A stretch of 64,000 nt of DNA, taken from the NCBI RefSeq assembly GCF_001194135.2, contig NC_068990.1, positions 87,888,521-87,952,520 of the forward strand, written 5' to 3'. The first letter of the stretch is position 1; every line of letters begins with the position of its first letter. Position numbers and translations under genes: made by a program. Origin of the DNA: Octopus bimaculoides. Lineage: Eukaryota. Shown piece after piece: positions 11,426 to 22,884 of this stretch. Under the pieces are notes generated by a model. It was not told the DNA's origin, did not search any database, and was given only the letters and a program-made list of their open reading frames with translations.

Positions 11426-12274
11426 GTTGTGCCACATAAACATGAGCTGCTGCTGTTATTGGTGGTAGTGGTAGTGGTGATGGCAACAACAGCATTTTGC
11501 CTCAAGACAGCCCAGATTGAGCTGACCTTGTAAATAGGATCAAGCTCTGATGGGGCAAATTAAGATCAAGGGCATGTCCTTTAAAACAGTATGTTTTCAT
11601 CTGTGGGAGATTTGAAGTGTATTACACAAATATAAAGTGAAATTCCTACAATGTATATGAACTGTTGCTCTTGTATCCAATTTGTCCCAATCATCCCACC
11701 ACTACGAGTAGTAATGTTAATGGGACTCATGAATCCAGGAGATCTTCACAGTTGTGTCCTTAGTTTTGCCTTCATGTTATTGGCTAGATGAATCTAGATC
11801 TCATCTCTCATACTCCTGGATAGGACTCCAGTCTGTCACAGATAACATCTAAAACAATAATTGAAATTATTCCCTATCAGACACCAGCAGATACTTTTCT
11901 TAGTATCTACTGATGTCTAATTATCTATTGATAATCTTGAGAAGTTCTTTCCAGAATAATATTTCAGATTATTTAGTGGTTGCTTTTCCTGCCAACAGCT
12001 TGATGAGCTTCCAGGTTAAGATTAAGATTAGATATAAGTTTAGATCTAAGATTAGGGTTAGGGTTATTATTAATTATCTTTACACAGAGTTAAGGGTAGA
12101 GTTAGAGTTATTGTCATATATTAAGCCAAGTAAGCTAAATAAAGGATTTGCAGACAAAAATATCAAAAAGACAAGTACCTGTCTGCCTTCTTTTAAGAAA
12201 AACTATCTGCAAAACAATCAATTTCTTCTTAATTTTAGTGTATTGTGCTTGACTTCATTATAAATAATGACCAT

Positions 12275-12501
12275 CTTTTATCTTTTACTTGTTTCAGTCA
12301 TTAGACTGTGGCCATGCTGTGGCACCACCTTGAAAAATTTTAGTCAAATAAATAGACCCCGGCACTTTTCTTAAGCCTAGTACTTATTCAGTTGGTTCCT
12401 TTTGCCAAACCGTTAAGTTACGGAGATGTAAACACACCAACACCTGTTGTCAAGTGGGGTTGGGAACAAACACTGACACAAAGAAACACACACACACATA
12501 G

Positions 12502-12538
<37 letters not shown>

Positions 12539-12688
12539 ACAGACTTCTTCCAGTTTCCATCTACCAAATCCAGTCATAAGCCTTTGATGGCTGGGGGTTA
12601 TAGTAGAAGACACCTGCCCAAGTGAGACTGAACCTGGAACCATGTGGTTGAGAATCAGACTTCTCACCACACAGCCACACCTGCACCT
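12275..12688 (-). mobile_element. SINE family A, near full length, with internal (CA)/(TG) microsatellite
   Basis: Head and CORE-like part at 12540-12688 (CACCTGCCCAAG, GAACCTGGAACCATGTGG) and 3' part at 12275-12485 (GTTTCAGTCATTAGACTGTGGCCATGCTG...AGTACTTATTC) are joined by a dinucleotide tract. Confidence 0.85.
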
Positions 12689-14126
12689 ATTGTAGGTATA
12701 CAGTATTGTAGATACAGACATCATACAGATATAGTTTTAAAAAAAAAAGTAAATAGATGGAGGCAAAATAGGCAAAAAGAACTCAAAAGTAAAAATATTA
12801 TGGAACATACTATCATCATCTTCATCATTTGATGGCTGTTTTTCCGTGCTGGTATGGATCGGCTGGGTCTCACAACATCTTGTTATTCATCTCACTCCAT
12901 TGTACAGGAATCCCCACTATCACTTTTAACAAAGCAAAGCAGGAGGTGTTCCTCTCTCTGTACACACACACACATAAATATATATATATATATATATATT
13001 TAAATACACACACACACGCACACACATGATTCCATATATAGGAATATCTACAGCAAGTGGTGTTCTTAACACTAACAAAAGAGGTTGTGTGGTAGATGGG
13101 GCTGAAACCATTTTGTGGAGAAGGTGCTTTCTCCTTGTGAATTTGTTAAAAAGTGGGTGACTATAGCATAAATGGTGAATGGAACTACTTCAAACATGTT
13201 TTGTAGATTGGAGAACAACTGTTGAATGAAGACTTGTGCTGTTAGTGGTCAGGTCAATCACTAATATGTGGGGTTTCTTCATTGGTCCTAAGTGAAGGTT
13301 CTGTATCAGAAGAACTGCACCATACTTGTGTTCTCATATTTTGCATATTTTGTATATTTTTGTATCTTCTTTCTACTTCTTCTCACACTTTTCTCATCTT
13401 TTTATGTAAATCCCCACACAAATTGTAAAACTGTCCTTGTAATGTTGCTCTCATCTGATGTCCCTGTGGCAAATAAAAGAAATTGTTGCTGCTATTATTG
13501 TTATGTGACAGAAATGGCTATATTTCTTTAGTTACTTGCCTACTTCACAAACGTAATTATTACCCAGCCAAGTGTGATAGCCTAAATATCATATGCATCA
13601 CATTAATATTAGAAATATTGGAGAAAGAAGAATGCTTGAAGAATACATATACATATTATATATATATANNNNNNNNNNNNNNNNNNNNNNNNNNNNNNNN
13701 NNNNNNNNNNNNNNNNNNNNNNNNNNNNNNNNNNNNNNNNNNNNNNNNNNNNNNNNNNNNNATATATACACACACATACACACACATTAATATTGGAATT
13801 ATTGGAGAAAAAAAAATATATATATATACACACACACACATATGCGCACACATATATATATCTAAATACACACATACATATACACATACATGTTATATTC
13901 CATATCTAAGAATACCTACAGCAAGTGGTGTTCTTAACACTAACAATTAAAGTGCACACATGTTGTATGCCAAGATTTCTGACTTTCATCAAGTCTGCTT
14001 TTAGTGAGATATTCAAAGACTGTTGTTGGTAGTCAGTATAATTATAAAATGATCAGAAACAGCAAAGAAAAGTTACACAGAATCCAATTGAAAAAATCTT
14101 TTTAGATTAGTACAACTACTATTTAC

Positions 14127-14159
<33 letters not shown>

Positions 14160-14160
14160 C

Positions 14161-14320
14161 CTTTCTACTGTAGGCACAAGGCCTGAAATTTGATCGACCC
14201 CAGTACGCAACTGTTACTTAATTTATCGACCCCGAAAGGATGAAAGGCAAAGTCGACCTTGGCAGAATTTGAACTCAGAACATAAAGATGGGGAAAATGC
14301 TGCTCAGCATTTTGACCCCA
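14161..14320 (-). mobile_element. SINE family B
   Basis: ATCGACCCCGAAAGGATGAAAGGCAAAGTCGACC...GAATTTGAACTCAGAA; (ATA)n tail on +. Confidence 0.8.
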
Positions 14321-14745
14321 AAACCTCATCATTGTGAAGTTGTTAAGCAAACTTCTAAACCACACAGCCATGATTGTGGCTATTCATATTGTGTTATGCA
14401 AAAGAAAAAATTAATAATAATAATAATAATAATGATGATGATAACAATAACAATGGTGATTATGACGTAAACGTGGGTGGCACTAAAAGCTTTTAAAGAA
14501 TATGATGCTTGTAGATAGACAGCTCCCTTATTTGAAATCTAGTTCAGATTTCTGTCAATTTAGGACACTAATATCTATAAAGAAATAAGCCATAACATTA
14601 AAGTAATATCTGATATAAAAAGCAAAGCAAGGTGAATATCTCTTTGAAACAAACAAACAATATTTATATTTATTCAATAATTCTTCAGATATTGATATAT
14701 TGATAGATGTGTAAACAAGGTGTAACATATTGTATGGATCAGGTC

Positions 14746-14750
<5 letters not shown>

Positions 14751-14805
<55 letters not shown>

Positions 14806-14853
14806 NNNNNNNNNNNNNNNNNNNNNNNNNNNNNNNNNNNNNNNNNNNNNNNN

Positions 14854-14912
<59 letters not shown>
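14751..14912. repeat. (CT)n microsatellite spanning a gap
   Basis: Pure CT repeat on both sides of N-gap 14806-14853. Confidence 0.95.
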
Positions 14913-14917
<5 letters not shown>

Positions 14918-14999
14918 CTCCTCTCTCACATGCATGTGTATCAAGTAGTTTTGCATACTTAACTGTTTCCTACTTCAATATATGATGACTTAATGCTAT

Positions 15000-15205
15000 C
15001 GTTGTTGTTATTTAGTCCCAGGCCATCTCCAATCCAGCAGGCTTATAGTTAAAACATTCCAACCACGACCATTCCAACTTATATTCAGACTATATGGGTT
15101 TCATTATCAAATGTGTCCTATTTTCAAGATGGCAGTGTGTAATTGGAGAGGAATTTGACTACTATTAGATTAAATGACTATACAAAAGGATCCTTCATTG
15201 GCTCA
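15000..15205 (-). mobile_element. Family E copy
   Basis: GTTGTTGTTATTTAGTCCCAGG...TCCAGCAGGCTTATAG...GAGAGGAATTTGACTACTA...GGATCCTTCATTGGCTCAC. Confidence 0.6.
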
Positions 15206-15433
15206 CTCTTAATTCTGTTGTTGATTAATCTCAGGACCATAAGCTCAGAAACAGGGGGTGCAGGAGATGCAAGCATATCCCCTAAAGTTTTGGAGGTGCT
15301 TTGAACATCTTCCTGAAAAACTTCATCTCCAAAACAGTGTAGAAATATTTTTGGATTGATTTGAAACATTATTTCTCCACTATTGGACCTATCTGATTTA
15401 ACTGATGTACAAATATTATAATAATAATAATAA

Positions 15434-15930
15434 TTATTATTATTATTATTATTTTCATATACACTCAACAGATTAAGCTGTTGGAAAAGAAAAAATCCTA
15501 ACATCAGGCTACAACAAGTAACCTTAGATGCCAAGAACCCTCCTATCAGGCTACAAGTAAGCTTAGATGCCAAAAATCCTCCTAAGTATCTTAGGTCTCC
15601 CTAATAACACTGGTTTCTGGAGCTGTACTAAACTAGGTTGTATGCCTATTTCCTCTATCCATCTGTTCAGATCTTTAGGGATAGTTCCCAATGCACCTAT
15701 AACTACTGGGATACATTTTACCTGCACATTCCATAGTCGCAGTAATTGAATAGTCAGGTCCTAGTACTTTGCTATTTTCTCTATACTTCTCATATTAATG
15801 TTTTCATCATTTGGGACTGTAAAGTCAATTATCTGGCACTTTCTATTCTCTTTATCTACTACTACCAAATCAAGCCTTCTACCGTCTATTACTCTGTTAG
15901 TCTGAATGTTAAAGTCCCACAACATCTTGT
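15434..15930 (-). mobile_element. RLE-type non-LTR retrotransposon 3' fragment (R4/Dong-like), endonuclease domain, pseudogenised
   Basis: MLWDFNIQTNRVIDGRRLDLVVVDKENRKCQIIDFTVPNDENINMRSIEKIAKY*DLTIQLLRLWNVQVKCIPVVIGALGTIPK...ILRRIFGI* (stop 15563-15565) follows the PD-(D/E)xK RLE pattern; (TAA)n tail. Confidence 0.88.
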
Positions 15931-16445
15931 ATATATATATATATGGCCCACAATACAGCATTTAATACAAACAAAAACTGAGAAATTTTTCTCCAAAATT
16001 ATTTCAAATTTTAAGTACGCAATAGTAGGATATATATTTTTGAATTTTTTTTTTTTTTCTCACATTATAAAAAAAAAAAAAGAAGGGGTTATGAAGCGTT
16101 GTTGATTTGAGTTGCAGTGATGAAAGGTTAGCAAACTGTTGGCTTAGGGGAACCAACTTCCTGTTACTGCTAATAAATCTCAGTATGTTCACAGCTTTGC
16201 TTTAATCGAATTAAAGTACAGATTATGGCTGACATGGCTCAACAAATATAGTCATGATCAGATTAAAGAAAATTTTATTAAAACACTGACTTGTTTACAT
16301 AACAAGCTTGTTTAACTACATCTCTTTAAGCTCATCAAGAAAATCTTCATTATCAGTTTTCAAACAACATAGATGGCATACATTCAAACTAACACCCAAT
16401 CTGTGTCTCCATCTTTATTATTATCATTATCATTATTATTATTAC

Positions 16446-16491
<46 letters not shown>

Positions 16492-16492
<1 letters not shown>

Positions 16493-17450
16493 GGGTGGTG
16501 AGCTGGCAGAATTGTTAGCACGCTGGGCAAAATGCTTAGTGGTATTTTGTCTTTCTCTGTGTTCTGAGTTACAATTCTGCAGCAGTCATCTTTGCCTTTC
16601 ATCCTTTCGGGGTCGATAAAATAAGTACCAGTTGAGCACTGGGGTTGATGTAATCAACTATCCCCCTCCCATAAAATTGCTGGCTTCATGCCAAAATTTG
16701 AAATCATTATTATTATTATTATTATTTAATCCTTTTATCTCAGGTTCTGTTGTAACTCCTGGAGTCTTGCATGCATAGCAGGCTTGCTGCCCACATTATG
16801 GTTATTATTATAATTAGGGTGGTAAGTGAGCAGAATCATTAGAACACCAGACAAAATGCTTTGCTGCGTTTCTTTGGACTCTTCATGTTCTGAGTTCAAA
16901 TTTCACCGGAGTTGACATTGCTTTCAGGACTTACATCGACCGCAGTCAAGTACTGGGATTGATGTAATCAAATGACCCTTTCCCCCTAAAAATTTCTGGC
17001 CTTGTGCCAAAAATTTTAAAGAAATATTATCATTGTTAAAGTGATGAGCTGGTAGAATCATTAGCGCTTTGGGCATAATGCTTAATGGCTTTTCTTCCAA
17101 CTCTTTATTTTCTGAGTTCAAATTCCACTGAGGTTGACTTTGCCTTTCATCTTTTCAGGGTCAATAAAATAAGTACCAGATGAACCCTAGGGTTGATGTA
17201 GTCAACAATCCAACTCCTCCAAAACTATTTGCTTTATGCCTGTTACTTGAAAGAAGTATTATTTTAGAGGGCAGTGGGTTGGCAAATCATCAGATTATTG
17301 GAAGTAATGTCTTGCTGTATTCCCTCCGGTTCATTACATTCTGAGTTCAAATCCTGGCAAAATTTGCCTTTCATCCTTTCAGGGTCAGTAAAATTCTAGG
17401 GGGTCAATATAATTAACTGTTTCCCACTCCCTAAATTTCTAGCTTAGTAA
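16492..17450 (+). mobile_element. Four head-to-tail SINE family B copies
   Basis: Heads GGTGGTGAGCTGGCAGAAT at about 16494, 16818, 17041 and 17272, each followed by TTCTGAGTTCAAAT...TTTGCCTTTCATC...; separated by ATT-rich tails. Confidence 0.85.
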
Positions 17451-19729
17451 GAAATTATTCCTATTAATTTTTTCACCAGTTTTATGTGAATGCCTCATGC
17501 ATCAGCAAGGTGCATCTTTGTGTTCCTTTGCTATGTGCAACATTGTCTCCTGTCAATGTAGAATTGCGTTTGTATAAAATTTGCTTGGTTATTTGTGCCG
17601 TTACTTTAGTGCTTCATCTATCTGTAGTATAAACCAGTTATTCACAGCCTTTTCATGTACTCATGCTCTCTTTTTAAACCTGAATTTCCTTTGTGGCCCC
17701 TCATAGGCACCTTTAGTTTGTAAAAAAATCTCTTTTACCATGTGCAATGTTTATTAATTATAGTTGTATCATATAAAAATAAGCGTTATAGTGTACAAAA
17801 AGAAATTTCTATTTCTATGAAGACAATTATATGTTAGCAAACAAAATTCTATAAAAACATAAAACCTTAAGAACTGCTACAAATTAACTTTATTAACGTG
17901 TACTTTACCTACCAAAAATTCTAAGAAACAAAATATATAGCAATAAATATTCTTATGATTGGCACTTAATTCACTGTGAGTCTTATGCCTGATGCAAACT
18001 TGGAAGCTTTTCAATATTTCACTGCAGTGTTGTTAATGACAAACGATCACCTCTCCTTACAATATCAAGGTTGCTGCGAACTCTTAATAGAAGGTAAGTC
18101 ACACAGCAAACCAGATTTAACAAGATAAAAAGTAGGAAAAGTAATAACATACAACGTTTCTTTCTTCATTAGTAGTGGAAACTTCTTAGCAATTTTATTA
18201 CTTTTCTGTAAATTATGTTTGCCATATTTGAAACTAGCTTGAGGTGTTTTATTAGGCTGTAAGTCAGCAAGGTTTTTAATGTTAATATCAGTTGTGTTTA
18301 CCCCAAATGGATTCACCACTCAATCTGGATGATTCATCTCTACTAAATCACTGAACTTTCAGTTCACTGTATGAATGCATCAAAGACCCACACAAAATAA
18401 GCAGAAAGATTCTCACCTTGCAGCTTCGTGTCAATCGTACCAGGGTTAGAAATTATACCAACTTGTGGTATCTTTTATCTTTGTTTTCTGTTTTATTTAA
18501 ATTTACTGAAGATAATTTCTGTATTCCTTAATTTCTGATATTTGAATATTGTAGTTATATATAATTATTGAGACTTAATAATGTAGAATATGTCTTGGTA
18601 TTAACTGACATTAAGCCATTCTACGATACAAAAATTAGAAGGAATTTTATTTCATGATTATACATATTTTATTAAATACTTGTCCTGTTGTATATATTTT
18701 ATGCTTATATATACTGTTAATAATAATGGTTGTCTCTTGAATCTGAGAAAAATGGTTAGGTTGCATGGTCAATATCTGTGGATACTTATGTGACTTCTTA
18801 GACTGAAGTGAGACACACAGATACGGCTGCAGGTCAGGCAAGGAACACCACTTGTTGAGATAGGAGCAGACACCTTTCTTTGTCTCTTATGGCTTGCCTT
18901 GAGACAATCTATACACCAGTTGGTTTAGAAATTGTTTGCTGCAAGGGTCGTAGGTTGTACCACTTGGTCTGCTCAGTCCAGTTGTATTCATTTCATAGTT
19001 ATATGTATTATTGAATATTTGTCTAATTGTATATATTTCTTAGTCTTATCAGTCTCACTTTTATCTATGTAAAATTTTATCTATACTTATATCTAGATTC
19101 TGATACTAGATTTTTGTTCAGGTGCAACAGTTGCTTATTCACCTTATTAAGTTGTTAAATGAGAATAAAACTTAATAATCAAAACAGAAACAAAATACAC
19201 CAAGATAAAGTAAAATGTGCAAGTGAGTGTGACGTTCTTTTATTTTGCAGGCATTGCTAAATGTCTTCAAACATTTATTAAATGTAATTATCTATAGAAA
19301 ATCAAATGGAGTTAGTTTGTTGAAAGAAAGAAATCTAGTTACTGTAAGATGTGGAGAAATCAATGGGTTTAGAAAGTTTTTTGATGTAGTGAAATAACGG
19401 CCAGTGCTAATCAAGATAGTCAAACAGTAGAGAGAAGTTCAATAAGGTTGAGAAAAATTGTTTTTACACATTTTGTGAGGGTGGAGGCTGACTGCAATTA
19501 TAAGTCAGCGGGTGATCTGGGAAGGAAGTAATCAAGGCATGAAAGTTCAGATTGAAAAATAATTAAAATAAAAATTAGGCTGGGAGTGTTAACTGTTGTA
19601 GGGTATAAGGTTGTATATTTTAAAAGGTAAATCTTTAAAGCTAAAGTAAACTTAAGAGTAGCCAGGTGGATATTGTAAAGTGTGGGTTAATGTATCTTAA
19701 ACAGATGCTGATATAAGGGAAAATGGTAG

Positions 19730-20170
19730 TGATTTATGATTGGTCAGTGAAAGGAGTGACAAGATATAGCTTGATGCCCTTCCTAACACCAACCAATTTA
19801 CAGAGTGTGCTGGGTGCCTTTACATAGCACCACATAAGCACTTTTATGTGGCACTGGCACAGGACTCTTGTCGGCCAATCCTTTTCACCAGGGTGAGCAG
19901 CCTTAACACTTTTGCTGTGGAGTACGGGTCTTCTTGAGTACAGCAAAGCACCAGGCATCTTCATCCTTTGTCATCTCATCTGAAAGATTCAGCAATCTGG
20001 TCATCCTTCAGTACTTCATTTCATGTCTTCCTGATGGCACTATTCTACATATCTAGGAAATAGAATTCCTTCATTTCTTTCTAGTCTTTATAAATTCTTT
20101 CGATTCAGATCCACATCTCACTACAAACCAAACAGCATCACACTTCATTCACAAGCATCATGCAATGTAC
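19730..20170 (-). mobile_element. RTE-type LINE C-terminus contiguous with family C 3' UTR
   Basis: Minus strand ...CFAVLKKTR (19925-19950) is followed by GTGCCACATAAAAGTGC and GGTTGGTGTTAGGAAGGGCATCAAG blocks. Confidence 0.7.
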
Positions 20171-20268
20171 GTTTTACTTTGATGGAAAAACACTTTACTT
20201 CCAACAACAGGAATTGGTCCCTGAACTGTTCTCAACCCATTTTCTTACTAAGACATGTATGTATGTAT

Positions 20269-20468
20269 GGGAGAATTCATGTAAAAACAACAGACGAAGA
20301 CAGGTGGTGTAAACAACAAATGGATGTATTAGTATAACGCTCGGGAATAGAGAAAGTCTTTAACGTTTCGAGCCTACGCTCTTCAACAGAAAGGAACACA
20401 GAAAGAAATGAGAGAAACAAAGAGAGAAAAAAAAATATATGTAGTGGTCAGCAATCTATCATGGCGAA
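20269..20468 (-). mobile_element. Penelope-like element terminal remnant inserted in a (TATG)n tract
   Basis: About 200 bp of CpG-retaining sequence flanked by TGTATGTATG on both sides; contains a minimal hammerhead motif of the PLE type. Confidence 0.6.
20358..20393 (-). ncRNA. Minimal type-I hammerhead ribozyme motif (variant core)
   Basis: Minus strand CUUU-CUGUUGA-A-GAGC-GUAG-GCUC-GAAAC-GU-U-AAAG. Stem I CUUU/AAAG, stem II GAGC/GCUC, loopless palindromic stem III (AACGUU). A6 is replaced by U. Confidence 0.6.
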
Positions 20469-21639
20469 TGTATGTATGTACGTATGTATGTATGAATGTA
20501 TGTATGTGTAAATCAACGTGTGAGTTTATATATTATTTGGACATATATTTGGTTACATATGATTTGTTTCCTATCTTTATATATATCATAATGCTCATTT
20601 AACATCCGTCTTCTATGCTGGCTTTGGAGGTCAGGCAGTTTGACAGGATCTGGTGACCTGCCGGGCTGTGCTGAGCTCTATACACATCTATCTCTTCCAC
20701 CTGACATCTCTTTATACTAATATTTCTCATCAACTGCATCTCCGCCTTTGTTCATCACTCACAATTTTCTTCTCTATCCCCATCTCTAACCAACTGTTAT
20801 TCTCTGCCCTCTTGCTTTTGTGTGTGTGTGTGCGTGTGTGTGTGCGTCTGTCTGTCTGCATCTATTTATATACGCGTGTGTGTGTGTATTTGTGCCTGTC
20901 TGTATACACACACACACACTGTACTTTTGTTTGAAGCAGAAATTATTTTATTTATTTCTTGTGTATCTACAAGCAGCTAATTTTGTTTATAGGCCTCCCG
21001 TTCCCCACCCGGCCCTCCAACCATACTTATTTAATAGACAGGTAAATTAATTTACTACAGTTTTTTCTTTTTATCCTTCAATTTTCCTTTATCTTAGTCT
21101 GCAAGGATTCATTTTATGACTAACGAACATTGAGAACCGTTTTTATATTTTCTTTTCATGTCTAGTTTATTTATATACTTCTTATAATTATCCCCCTTTT
21201 TCCATCATTGTCGTCATCATCATCATCATCATCATCATTATCATCATTATTTGTGGCAATAAACATTACATATATCTATTCCAAAGGAATTACCCTTTGT
21301 CTTGGATTCAATTCTTCAGCCCTCATCAGCAATAAACTTCTTATGACTCTTTTATTTCTTGTCTTCAAATTATATAGTTTCCTTTTGTTATTTAACTATT
21401 TTTCATATTTTTTCTAATCACCATTTTTGTAATTACTATTCAGATTTTTCAGTTCTTTGCATTCTTAGAAGAAATTTCACCACAACCAACTTTTCCTTCC
21501 ACCCTTCCGGGGTCAATAAAATAAAGTACCAGTCAAGTACCAGTCAAGTACCAGTATCAACTAACCTCCTCTCTCAAACTTCAAGCTTTGTATCTATGTC
21601 AGAAACAATTATTATTATTTATTTATTTATTAATTTCCC

Positions 21640-21857
21640 ACAGGGGGCTAAACATAGAGGGGAAAAACAAGGACAGACAAAGGGATTAAGTCGATTACAT
21701 CAATCCCAGTGCATAACTGGTATTTATTTAATTGACCCCAAAAGGATGAAAGGCAAAGTCGACCTCGGCGGAATTTGAACTCAGAATGTAACAGCAAACG
21801 AAATACCACCAAGCATTTTGCCCGGTGTGCTAACGATTCTGCCAGCTCACTGCCCTT
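21640..21857 (-). mobile_element. SINE family B, well preserved
   Basis: GGATGAAAGGCAAAGTCGACCTCGGCGGAATTTGAACTCAGAA...TGCTAACGATTCTGCCAGCTCACTGCC; CpGs retained. Confidence 0.9.
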
Positions 21858-21858
21858 T

Positions 21859-21860
<2 letters not shown>

Positions 21861-21897
<37 letters not shown>

Positions 21898-22051
21898 TAG
21901 TTTTATTTTTATAACGTGCTTTCACTTCACTACCGAGCGCAGCTCTGTGTGCCTTGGGTATGAGCTGTGGTTTACTGTGAGGCTCTTATGGTTACTGTAT
22001 TGAAAGTGTTTTGCGTAGGATGTGTGCAGTGCCCAGTAGTGCAATTTTCTG
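21861..22051 (-). mobile_element. Short 5'-truncated RLE LINE copy (last codons, 3' UTR, (TAA)n)
   Basis: About 8 differences in about 157 bp versus 27274-27430; encodes ...KIALLGTAHILRKTLSIQ*. Confidence 0.9.
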
Positions 22052-22884
22052 TTTAGTTATAGCAGTGATAGTATTTCTATTTTCATTATTTAATCAGAAT
22101 ATGTTGCGCAGTGATGTTCATATCCTTTGCAAACTCTACAAGACTAATGAGGATGATTCAAAACTCTCACCTGAGTTATCCAAGGTCAACTGCTTGGCTC
22201 TTGAAAACATGTACCTCCTCAGCTGCAGTAGCACCTACTTATATGTTTAATTTGACAATTTTATTGGTGGGTGATAAAGCATCATACCACTTATTAGAAT
22301 ATCATTTTAATCTAAGTTGACTGATAATAAATTTTGTCATAATCCTGAAATAATTTGAAAAGTGGGAAATGATTTAAAAAGAGTTAAATAATAAATGGAT
22401 ATAATTGCATATCATTGGTCTAGACACTCAGTTACAGCAGCTGTCCCTCACCATCATTGCTCTGACTTGGCAATAATCCTGCCAACTTTTAATGTTTAAT
22501 AGGGAATACATCAAGGCAGTAGTGAATAAGCTTTAACTCTATTACAGCTTTCAGTTGATTTACATGTAACTATTATTTCATCTGTTATTAACAATTCTGT
22601 TTGAAGTGCGCTGGTTAGTGGAAACTGTAAAGTGACACACTAAAACTCACCAACAGCATTTTGTTTCATCAGTCTTATATGTGCTGGGATCAAATCATCA
22701 CAAGGTACCTACTTTGCTTTCTTCTTTTTTTTTATTCCTTTGGAATTGATGGTACAAGTATCAAACATGTACTTAGTATTAGTTCAAAAAGACTGCTGAG
22801 AGGTACAAGAACCAACACATTCTTATCCACAAAATTTTGGTCTTGTGCCTATGTAAGAAATTGTTATTGTTGTTGTTCTTATTG

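Noticed and set aside
18065-18319. 84-aa minus-strand ORF in unique DNA
   Set aside because: No recognisable homology or motif, and the length is within chance expectation.
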